This document shows, piece by piece, positions 26,344 to 36,100 of a stretch of DNA of 64,000 bases. The DNA is from Hemiscyllium ocellatum (Eukaryota). The first letter of the stretch is position 1. Every line of letters begins with the position of its first letter. A model generated the notes under the pieces. The model did not search any database, was not told the DNA's origin, and worked only from the letters and a program-made list of their open reading frames with translations. Made by a program: the position numbers and the translations under genes. The stretch is taken from NCBI RefSeq assembly GCF_020745735.1, contig NC_083409.1:19302341-19366340 (forward strand), given 5' to 3'.

Positions 26344-27419
26344 CTGATTCCTGGGATGATAGCACTTAGATCTGATGAGAAACTGGATCAGTTAGGACTA
26401 TATTCACTGTTGGTTAGAATGTTGAGGGGAGTCACACTAAAAACTCTAAAATCCTAACAGGACAAGGCAGGATGTTCCTGATGACTGGGGAGTCCAGAAC
26501 CAAGGATTACAATTTACAGATATGGGAAAGACCATTTAGTGCTGAAATGAAGAGAAAGCTTTTCATCCAGTGAATGGGAAGCCTGTAGAGGTTTCTGTCA
26601 CTGAAAGCAGTTGAGCCCAAACCATTGAATGCTTTCTAGAAAGGGCATGATATAGTTCTCAGGATGAAAGTGATCAAAGGTTATGGGGAGCAAGTGGGAA
26701 CAGGTGACTGAGTTGGATGATCGGACATGATTATATTGAATGGTAGAACAGGCTCAAAGGGCTGAATGGCCTACACCTGGTCCAAGTTTCACTGTCTGAG
26801 AGACTGTTCATCAGCATGGAAGCATATTGAATTAGTAAACACATTTGCCTTGGGTCAGGAATTAGCTTAGATGTAGGAGACAGAGCAGAGGGTTAATGTC
26901 TGAGTCCTCCAATGAGCAAGATGTGAATATTACTGTCCCAGGGATCTGTGCTGGGATCCCAGCAATTCATGATATTTCTCAATACCTTGGATGAAGGAAT
27001 AGAGAGCTATATATCCAAGATTATTGATCACATTGAGTGAGGCCGCGAGGAGGGGGTCACAGAGGTAGGGAGGGTGGAAGATAGGGAGAGATTTGAGAAC
27101 AAGGATGAGAATTAGAAAATTGAGGTGGTGTTGGACTGGGAGCCTGTAGGTCAGTGAGGACAGTGGGGGATGGGGATGGGATTTGGTGCAAGTTTGGATA
27201 AGGGCAGCAGAGTTTGGGGTGAGCTGTAGTTTACAGAGGGCAATGGCCGTGATGTGGCCCAGGACAACATTAGAATGATCACGTTTGGAGTCCCAAAGCA
27301 ACGGCTGGGATTTTCAGTGAGTGATCTCTGTGCTGTGGAGGATTTGGGGCTCAGATCAACCTCAAAGATGAGGCCAAGATTGTAAGGAATCTGGTACTAA
27401 ATAAAAGATGAAAAAGTTG

Positions 27420-27625
27420 TGGTTGCTGTAAACGAGAAACAAAAAACAGAAATTGCTGGAAAAGCTCAGCAGTTCTGGCACCATCTGTGGAGAGAAAGCA
27501 GAGTTAACATTTTGGGACAAGTGAACCTTCTCAGAACTGTTCTGAGGAAGGGTGACTCGATCTGAAAGGTTAACTCTGATTTCTTTCCCCAGATGCTGCC
27601 AGACCTGCTGAGGTATTCTGTTTTT
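27420..27625. mobile_element. Short foldback element with two opposed degenerate hammerhead motifs
   Basis: Centre palindrome CAGAAC-T-GTTCTG; CTGAGGA..GAAA at 27542-27567; absent from the paralogous site (~8610). Confidence 0.65.
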
Positions 27626-27700
27626 GTAAAGAGTCTGACTGAGCAGCAGACAGTGCTCAGGGAGAGGGATGGAGGTTGTACTGGGAGCTGAAGGGGATGG

Positions 27701-27960
27701 CTTTGATCTTCCCAATGTGTTTCCCAGTGAGCTTGGCTCCTCAGTCCTGACTGCTCTTAGCTGCTGTGATTGTCACTGATCGGACACTTATTATTAGAGA
27801 TTCTGACCACAGCAGAAAGCCCCAGTGTAAAAAATAACTGCAAAGACTGTCAGATTGCAAGGTTGAAACTTCATTAAAAGAGGAAGTGAAAGAAGGAGCT
27901 CGGAGCAGCTGGGTTACTGAGATGGGAGAAAACTGTGAACCATTTGCACTCCCTGGAATG
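27701..27960. promoter_or_regulatory. Candidate upstream B-cell enhancer, copy 2
   Basis: AAAAGAGGAAGTGAAAG (EICE core 27882-27891), CAGCTG (27906), CATTTG/ATTTGCAC (27941-27949), RUNX ACCACA (27806). About 3.6 kb upstream of the V ATG. Confidence 0.55.
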
Positions 27961-27967
27961 TGACAGC

Positions 27968-28340
27968 ACATAAGAACATAAGAACTAAGAGCAGGAGCAG
28001 GCTATCTGGCCCCTCGAGCCCGCTCCATCATTCAATAAGATCATGGCTGATCTTTTCCTGGCCTCGGCCCCCCCTCCCCATCCTCTCACTATAGCCCTTA
28101 ATTCATTTACTGTTCAAAAAATATCTGTCTTACCTTCACAAACATTTACCTCTACTGAGTCAACTACTTCGCTGGGCAGGGAATTCCATAAACTCACAAC
28201 CCTCTGGGTCAAGAAGTTCCTTCTCAATTCAGTCCTCCCTAGCACAGGAGGAGGCCATTCAGCCCATCGTGTCTGTGAGTGATCCTTTTAAATCCCACTG
28301 CCCCTCTCTCTGCCCATAACCCAGCAAATCTTTCCTTTTA
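27968..28340 (-). mobile_element. CR1 3' fragments
   Basis: CATAAGAACATAAGAAC tail and FLTQRVVSLWN motif on - strand. Confidence 0.75.
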
Positions 28341-28864
28341 AGCTTGATTTTGGGGTCTCATTCATTCATTGGGAGACAAACTGCCTGGGCTGGGAAATGG
28401 AGCTCAGGACCCTGAACATTCCCTCTCCCCTCCTGAGGGACACTTGATGGTGAGGGATAGTTCTATGGAGCCCTGCAATATGTCCCTACTCTATACACTT
28501 CTCCATTCTGTGTGTAAAAGGCTGGAGCTTGCCAGCAGGATATTCAACTGCAGGAGCCATCATCAGTTTGACCAATTCTGACCACATCCACTCTCCATAA
28601 TCTTTCAACTCATGAGGAATATCATATCTGTCCATCTCCTCCTTGGTGTGAGACAGGAAAGGGACCACACCATTTCAGAAAATTTGGAATTTGTGGAGCA
28701 TAGATGGAGGAAGCTGGGAAAGGACAACTGAATCATGGAATTTGGAGGTGGGATAAGCAGGAATAAGGGTTTCTGTGGTCAAGGGGCTGATGTAGAGCAG
28801 AGACAAACCATGTTGTGGAGTTTGAAATAAGAGACCTATGTAATGGAGAGGATTTGGGGTTTGA

Positions 28865-30145
28865 AGCTCCAATACTGGAGGGTCCAGTGGGAAAGAGGCC
28901 TTTGCTTACTGCTGTTCATTGGACATTCGAGTGGGATGGATGGTCCACCGAGAACGAGGTCCAGGTTTATTGGTGTCTGTTGGAGAGTCCTGATGGAAGG
29001 AGGCCCATGTTTCCTGATCTCTGTTGGAGGTTCCAATTGAGTCCCATGAGAATTGAAATGTTGGCATTTCTTGCAGCAATTGGAATCTTGGTATTTATTA
29101 TAAAATGACTGGATCGCAGAAATAAAGAAATATTGTTAGAATTCTGTGATGCATTGGTGAGACCACATCTGAAGTATTGTGTTCAGTTGTGGTCTCCTTA
29201 CTTAAAGAACGATATGGTGGCACTGGATGCAGTGCAGAGGATGTTCACCAGACTGATTCCCGGAATGAAAGGGCTGTCGTACAGGAACGGTTGAATAGCT
29301 AGGGCTTGTACTCACTGGAATTCAGTCACATGACGGGGGATCTGAGAGAGGTAAATAAGATGCTAAAGGGGACTGATAAGGCAAGCATGGAACAGATGTT
29401 CCCTCTTGTGGGCCAGTCTTGAACGATAGGTCATTGATATAGAGTGAGAGGAGGTAGGTTCAAAACTGGGATGAGGAGAAACTATAGGTGGCATGGTGGC
29501 AGAGTGGTGAGTACTGCTAACTTACAGTGCTAAGGACCTGGGTTCGATATTACACACAGGCAACTGTGTGGCATTTCATATTCTCCCCCTGTCTGTGTGG
29601 GTGTCATCTGAGTGCTTTGCTTTTCTCCCACAGTCTAATGGTGCACACATTTGGTAAATTAGCATGGCTAATCCTCCTATAGTGTCCAGGAAAGTGTAAG
29701 TTAACTTCATTAGTCATGGGAAATGTAGGGATAGAGGGAAAGGGTAGTGGGATGGGTTTGGGTCGAATTCTCGTTGAAGGGTCAATGTGGACTTGTTGGG
29801 CTGAATGACCTGTTTCCGTACTGTAGGGATTCAATTCCATTCTTACTATTTCTCTCAGAGAGTTGAAAATCTGTGGACGTCACTGCCCCCAGAACGCAGT
29901 GGAGGCAGAATCAATCAACAGATTCAAGAAAGAAACAGATCTTCCTGATGAAAAGCAGGATAGTAGGCAATAGGGAGCAGTCTGGCAAGTAGAGATGAGG
30001 ATAAGATCAGCCATGATTATGTTAAATGGAAAACGTGCTTGAAGAGCTGAATTACCTATTCCTGCTCATCATTCTGAAGTCCCAGTATTGCTATGGCATT
30101 GAGATCCTTGTTTACTGGTGTCTATTGGAGGATCCAGTTGCAGTT
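28865..30145 (-). repeat. Same ~44-bp minisatellite, inverted, split by a different CR1 insertion (28865-29040 and 30105-30145)
   Basis: Reverse-complement units such as GGAACCTCCAACAGAGATCAGGAAACATGGGCCTCCTTCC. Confidence 0.75.
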
Positions 30146-30430
30146 GAGAGAGTCAGATAGACAGACAGACAAGCAGGTTCTGGTCACCACATTATGAGAG
30201 GGATATGACTGTACTTGAGAGGGTTCAGAGCAGATTTCCCGGGATGCTGCCTGGCCTGGAAGGTCTGAGCTATGCGGAAGGATTGGAAAGGCTGGGATTG
30301 TTTCTCTTGAGCAGTGAAGGTTGAGAGGGAACCTGATAAAGGGCTATAAGATTATGTGGGGCAGAGATAGAGTGGATAGGAAGACAATTTTTCCATGAGA
30401 AGAGGAATCAGTACTCAGGGGCAGAGATTA
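29045..30430 (+). mobile_element. CR1 fragments (29045-30100, 30170-30430)
   Basis: LVRPHLKYCVQLWSP motif and 3' end motifs. Confidence 0.8.
29487..29835 (+). mobile_element. V-SINE, older copy nested in a CR1
   Basis: Degenerate tRNA head and V-domain. Confidence 0.75.
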
Positions 30431-30475
30431 AAGATAACTGACATACAAAGATAGAAAGAGGGAGTCGGAGTAGTG

Positions 30476-30625
30476 TTAGGGTTAGGGTTAGGATAAGGGT
30501 TAGGGTTAGGGTAAGGGTAAGGGTTAGGGTTAGGGTTAGGGCTAGAGTTCACATTAGGGTTACCGTTAGGGTTAGGGTTACGGTTAAGGTTAGGATAAAG
30601 GTTGCGGTTAGGGTTATGGTTTGGT
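30476..30625 (+). repeat. Interstitial telomeric repeat (TTAGGG)n, degenerate
   Basis: About 25 hexamers, many perfect TTAGGG, decaying toward the 3' end. Confidence 0.95.
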
Positions 30626-30775
30626 TTGTGTTTGACCCTGTGAGGCTGCTCTGCCATTCAATATGATCATAGCTGACCCTCTGCCTCACTGCCAAGCTGG
30701 GATTAGTGTTGTCAGATCATTGATGACCTGAGTACAGACTTGTTAAATGCTGTTCATTGCATTAAGCTTCCGATG

Positions 30776-31331
30776 GAAGAGAGAGAGAGAGAGACAGGAG
30801 ACAGAGAGACAGAACGAAAGAGAGAGATAAAGGGAAGATCGAGAAAGTGCACATTGTAAGATTGAGTGGCAGAGGGTGAGGCATTTAGCTACTGCTCCAG
30901 GACCCAATGTTCCAATTTCCTGAAATAACGCCTGCTACAGAGATCAGTTAGAGAGTGGCTGGAGGGAGGGACAGAGACAAAAACAGATTGAGGCAATGAT
31001 AGATTGAGGGGACAAGGAGAGAGCAAGTGAGAAAACAGGTAGAAAGATAAGTGAAAGAGAGGAATGGGTGATAAGAGTGAGACAGAGAGAGAGAGAGAGA
31101 GAGAGAGACCAATCAACACAGAGGGAAAGGGAGATAAACAGAGTGTCAAAATTACATGGAAAAAGAGAAAGATATAAGTGCTGATATAATTGGAAATGCA
31201 CAGAGTCAGAAATGGAAATAGCAAATGAATGACAGGGATATATATACAAGGGAAAGATGAGAAAGAGAAAAAAGGAATAGAGGGCGAGGAAGTACAAAAA
31301 GGAAGGATGAGGAAGAGAGAGAGAGAGAGAA
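30776..31331. repeat. GA-rich low-complexity tract abutting the V promoter
   Basis: Purine-biased with (GA)n runs. Confidence 0.85.
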
Positions 31332-31428
31332 GAGGAAGTGTGAGGTGCTGATGTGGCTCTCTCTGCCTGATGCCATTTACATACTGAGGAACACCCAGTC
31401 AGACTGTCACAGGCTGCAGCGTTATAAA
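31332..31428 (+). promoter_or_regulatory. Ig kappa V promoter
   Basis: GAGGAAGT (31332-31339), octamer variant ATTTACAT (31375-31382), TATAAA (31423-31428), ATG at 31489. Confidence 0.8.
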
Positions 31429-31488
31429 GCAGAGCCCAGTGAAGGGAGAGTTTATTAGGAACCAGGCACAGGGACAGGAGCACACACC

Positions 31489-31537
31489 ATGATTTCACAC
31501 ATCCAGCTGATCTGGCCCCTGGCATTCTGTGTCGCAG
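31489..31537 (+). CDS. IGKV: Ig kappa leader exon (L1)
   Basis: Encodes MISHIQLIWPLAFCVA plus G, then a phase-1 GT donor at 31538. Matches the CAG acceptor ending at 31723. Confidence 0.93.
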
Positions 31538-31723
31538 GTACAAATCTCTCTCCTTCCACCTTGAATCTTTAGCTGCTCTCCATTTCACTCCAATTTCACT
31601 GACTTGTGATTGAAGGGAAAATGCTGAAACCAGAGGAATGCTCAGTGTCTCCAACAATCTCTCATTTGATAGTCTCTTTCTGTTACAGTTCTGACTTCAC
31701 TGTGTTTCTCTCTGACCCCTCAG

Positions 31724-32023
31724 GTATCAGTGGGGACTTCATCATGACTCAGTCTCCCCCGGTGTTGTCAGTGAGACTGGGTCAGACTGCAACCATCACT
31801 TGTAAATCCAGTCAGAGCGCTAGTAACGATGTTTCCTGGTACCAGCAGCGAGAAGGGCAGAAGCCCTCTCTCCTGATCCATGATGCAACGACTCGATTCA
31901 CAGGAGTCTCCAACAAATTCACCGGGAGAGAAGTGTCCAGCACACATTTCACCCTCACAATCAGCAACGTTCAGAATGAGGATGTCGCTAATTATTACTG
32001 TCAGCGCGAGTACAGCTCCCCTA
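31724..32023 (+). CDS. IGKV: Ig kappa-class V exon, open and unrearranged
   Basis: [100 protein letters not shown]. Both Cys and the Trp are present. Closely resembles nurse shark NS4 V as recalled. Confidence 0.96.
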
Positions 32024-32051
32024 CACAGTGATATACAGTTGTACAAAATCC
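32024..32051 (+). other. V recombination signal sequence, 12-bp spacer
   Basis: CACAGTG + ATATACAGTTGT (12 bp) + ACAAAATCC (8/9 match to consensus nonamer). Confidence 0.95.
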
Positions 32052-32349
32052 TCAATACACACATCATCACCTCCCTGTACTGACAATATCCCCCTGCTAC
32101 CTATAATATGTAATATTGGACACATAGTCTCACCTCTTATACTGACACATCCACAATTACATATAAATGAAACTAAACAAATTACCCTATGCTGGGATTG
32201 TCACTGTCCACAACACACTCCAGTCCCTGTGGTGTCCACCACTCACTGAAGGTCTCAGGTTTCCCTCTTACACTCCATGGCCACATGGGAAGAGCACCTG
32301 CAAGATTTAACATCAAAAAATAAGTTTCACAAATTGCCCGAGCCCAGCT

Positions 32350-32575
32350 GGACACAACGCAAAGAGAAAGCAAGAGAGAGAGAGACACAGAGAGAGAGAG
32401 AATGAGAGAGAGAGGGGGAGAGAAACAGAATGAGAAAAACAGAGAGAGAGAAATGCATGAGTGATAGAGAAAGGTAGAGAGAAGGTGAGAGTCAGTAAAG
32501 GACAGAGAGAGACAGGGAGAGGGTGAGAGTGACGGAGACACTGCGAGACAGGGAGACGTTGAGAATGACATGGGG
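32350..32575. repeat. GA-rich tract in the V-J spacer
   Basis: (GA)n runs just upstream of the J nonamer. Confidence 0.85.
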
Positions 32576-32589
32576 AAGCAGAGCGCAGA

Positions 32590-32628
32590 GGTTTTTGTAC
32601 AGCCTCTGCACTGGGAGCTCTCACTGTG
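32590..32628 (-). other. J recombination signal sequence, 23-bp spacer
   Basis: GGTTTTTGT (32590-32598) + 23 bp + CACTGTG (32622-32628), perfect consensus. V-12/J-23 is the kappa configuration. Confidence 0.97.
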
Positions 32629-32663
32629 GCTTACGTTCGGTAAAGGAACCAAGCTCAGACTGA
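32629..32663 (+). CDS. IGKJ: Ig kappa J segment
   Basis: LTFGKGTKLRL(S) with the FGXG motif. Phase-1 donor GTAAGT at 32664. Confidence 0.96.
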
Positions 32664-33037
32664 GTAAGTAAATCTCCATCTTCTATTAATAAACCTTTTA
32701 TTTTCTAAACGCAATTTCTAAAACACAAATACTGATTTGTTGAAGGTGTTAGTGGGGAGCTGCAGTGAATGAAATGGTTGATTGAGGAGCACTGTGTCGA
32801 ACAGGGTGTCCAGCTGTATTTCTGTCGTCCTATTGCCCCATTTAAGCAGCAAGATATAAGTCAGTCAGTTTTACTCACTGTGTGGAGGAGCTCTGTCCAT
32901 TTGCAACCTGTGGTCCCATTCCTGCAGCATGGAGTGAAATCAGTGAGTAGCCTCCTGCCAGTCTCAGTGTGACGGACACGGGGCAGAGTTTGATGTGAGC
33001 TCTGGCACCCTGTCCCAGTCTCTGATCTCACTGACCT

Positions 33038-33069
33038 CAGCAGCAGCAGCAGCAGCTGCAGCAGCAGCA
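33038..33069. repeat. (CAG)n tract ending in CACAGTG
   Basis: CAG run with one CTG interruption. Confidence 0.9.
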
Positions 33070-33109
33070 CAGTGAGACACCGGGCTCCCACCTCCCTCAG
33101 CTTTAACTC

Positions 33110-36100
33110 TGCTCAATCACACAATCACAGAACTGTTACAGTGCACAAGGAGGCCATTCTGCCCATCCTGTCTGTACTGGCTCTCTGAATGAGCAATTGA
33201 CTGAGTGTCATTCTCCTGCCTTCTCCCTGTCACCCTGCACATTTTTCATTTTCAAATAACAGTCTCATTCCCTTCGGAATGCTTCAATTGAAGCTGCCTC
33301 CACCACACTCTCAGGCATTGCATTCCACACCTTAACCACCCACTGGCTGAAAACATTTTGCCTCATCTTACTTTTGATTCATTTACTAATTACTTTAAAT
33401 CTCCCTCTCCCTCTCAAACCTTTCATGAGTGAAAATGTTTTCTCCCTAATTATTCTGCCCAGACCCCTCCTGATGTTGAATTCCTCAGCCTTCTCTTCTT
33501 CAATGAAGACAGTCTAAACTTCTTCACAATATTTTCTGAACTGAATTCCTTCATCCCTGCACTTTCCATGGCAATTTTCTTTACCCCATCTGCAACATAT
33601 TCATATCCTTCATGAATTATTCACCTCTATTCCCCGTAGTCCCACTTGTCTGCATTTGGCTCATTTCCCCCAATATTTTTCCTCTTCATGTACCTGTTCC
33701 AATATCTTTTAAATGTTATAATCAGACTCACCTCTATGACGTCCTCTGACAGTTCATTCAATATATGCACCAACCTCTATGTGAAAGAGGTGTACCTCAG
33801 GTCCCTTTTGAATCTTTCCCCTCTTGCTTTAAACCTTTGCCCTCTAGTTTTGGACGACCCTACCCTGGGGAAAAGACCTTAGCTAGTAACCTTATCTCTG
33901 TCCATTATGATTTTATAGTCCTCTAGAATGTCACCCCGCCACTTCTGACCTTCCAAAGAAAATAGCCCAGGCCTAACCGACCTCTCCTTATAACTCATGC
34001 CCTCCAGTCTCAGAGACAGCCTTGTCATTCTTTTTACACCCTTTCAAGTTTAATGCCATCCTTCCAATAGCAAGGTGATTTGAAATGTGGCCTGACCAAT
34101 ATCTTGGAGAGCCATAACATGCCATCTCAACTCCCATACCCAAGTGTACCAAATGCTTTCTTCACCACCCTGTCTACATGTGGCACCAGTTGTAAAGCAC
34201 TATATGCCTCCATTCCTTGGTCTCCCTCTTTGAAAACTTCCCATGGCCCCACAACTAACTGTGTAAACCGTGGTCTGTTTTTTGTACCAAAATGCAACAC
34301 TTCGCTATTACCTCAATACCTAATGTAAATGTACTCTCAAATAGCCTTCGTCACTGCCCACTTTGCCACCAATTTTAATGTAATCTGTACACTCACGAAC
34401 CCTACCTCCTATATTCTCATTCAATTTGTTTCTATAAATGATGAACAATGATGGACCTAGAACCAATCCTTTTGCCACACCGTTGGTCACAGGCTTCCAT
34501 TCTGAACAACCATCTACTACCACCACTCTCTGTCTCCAACCATCAAGCCAATTTTGTACCAGTTGGCTTGCCCTCCCTGGATTCCATTTGATCTAACCTT
34601 ACTAACCAGTTGTCCATGCAGTACCTTGTCAAAGGCCTTGCTAAAGTCCACGTCGACAATGTCTATGATTTTGCTTTCAGCTATCTTCTTGGTCACATCT
34701 TCAAAATACTCAGTCAAATTTTTGAGACACAATTTCCCACTTACAAGGCCATGTGGACTACCCCTAATCAACCCTTGTCTTTCCAAATACATATAGATCC
34801 TGTATCTCAAAATCCCCTCCAATAACTTACTCCCCACTGATATCAGACTCACCGGTCTATACTTCCCTGAGTATTCCTTGCAGACCTTCTGAAATAGCAG
34901 CACAATGTCAGCCACGCTCCGATCTTCCAACACTGGGCTGTTGGTGATATAAGCATCTTCGGAAGGGACATCACTGTCTCTTCCCAAGCTTCCCACAACT
35001 TACCTGGATGGACCTGATCAGGTCCTGGGGTTTTAGCTACCCTTATAAGTTATAAGAACAGATTACTGCACCTCTTCTTCTTCTGTAATATGGACTCTTC
35101 TTAAGACAGCATTATTTATTTCTCAAAATTCCATATATTTCTCAACAATAAATACGGTGGCAAAATATTAGTTTTGTAACTCATCCATATTCTGTTTGAA
35201 AAAAAAGTGAAAATTTCGAAGTGTGAGACATTTGGAGGTTATCCATGGGAACTGATCCATGATCATGACTTTATTCTGGATTCTCCTTTGTCCTTTTCTA
35301 CTTTCACCCTAAATCTTGTGATACAATGATCACTCTTCCCTAAATGTCCTCTCACTGACACTTGATCTACTTGGGCCTCCTCAGTCCCAAGATTCGGGTA
35401 TCGCAGAGCCTCCTTTCTCGTTTGAATGGAGACACATGGCTGGAGAAAATTCACCTGAGCATACTCTCTCAACTCTGGCCCCTCTCTGTCCTTCACACTG
35501 CTACTGTCCCAGTCTATATTCCAATAATTAAAGTCCCCCTAATGTTTGTTGTGAATTCCTTGCAGATTTGTTCCTGTACATCCTTCCCACTAGTTGGTGA
35601 CCGACAGACTGCACTGAACAATCTGATTGCACCTTTTACGTTCCTTATCCTGAACCAAATCAATTCTGGCCTTGACTCCTCTGGGACATCCTCTTTCTCC
35701 AGCGTTGCATCGATCTCCTTAACCAATCCCACACCTCTCACTCTTTTTCCCTTTTCCTATTTTTCTTGAGCGCCTTGTTTCCAGGAATATTTAACAACCA
35801 GTCCTGTCCTCATTTGAGCCTTATCTGTTCAAGTGATAACATCAGTTTTCCCCTTGGTAATGTGCATTTGTAGCTTCCCAATCTTATTCTCCACATTCAG
35901 TACAGTCCCATAGATGCACAGTCAGCCGGACTTAGAATTTATTGCTCTCTCTGTCTCTCTGACCCTGCCTAATAAATTGCTATTCCTTATTCTGGTGCTA
36001 TCTGTCTTTTTCAGGAGTCTGTGTTCCTTGGTGTTCCTACTTCATATTACATCCTGGTTCCCACAGCCATTCCGTGTTAGCTTCAACCCACTCCAACAGC

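Larger units (their letters stand above)
25550..33625 (+). repeat. Right arm of inverted cluster-unit homology
   Basis: Mirror of 1085-11280, interrupted by copy-specific insertions. Confidence 0.88.

Noticed and set aside
30944-31657. 237-aa antisense ORF, plus ORFs at 3825-4280, 32182-32679 and 49372-50020
   Set aside because: They arise from low-complexity purine/pyrimidine tracts or the antisense strand of the V leader, with no protein-family signal.
31677-31704. CACTGTG heptamer in the leader intron of both V genes (also 2304-2310)
   Set aside because: No acceptable nonamer at 12 or 23 bp, and it sits in the polypyrimidine tract.
32861-33091. Antisense ORF MGARCLTVLLLL..., also at 1621-1845, resembling a signal peptide
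   Set aside because: It starts at GTG, the poly-Leu is just the CTG tract, and its conservation is explained by the homogenised intron patch. No downstream exon was found.
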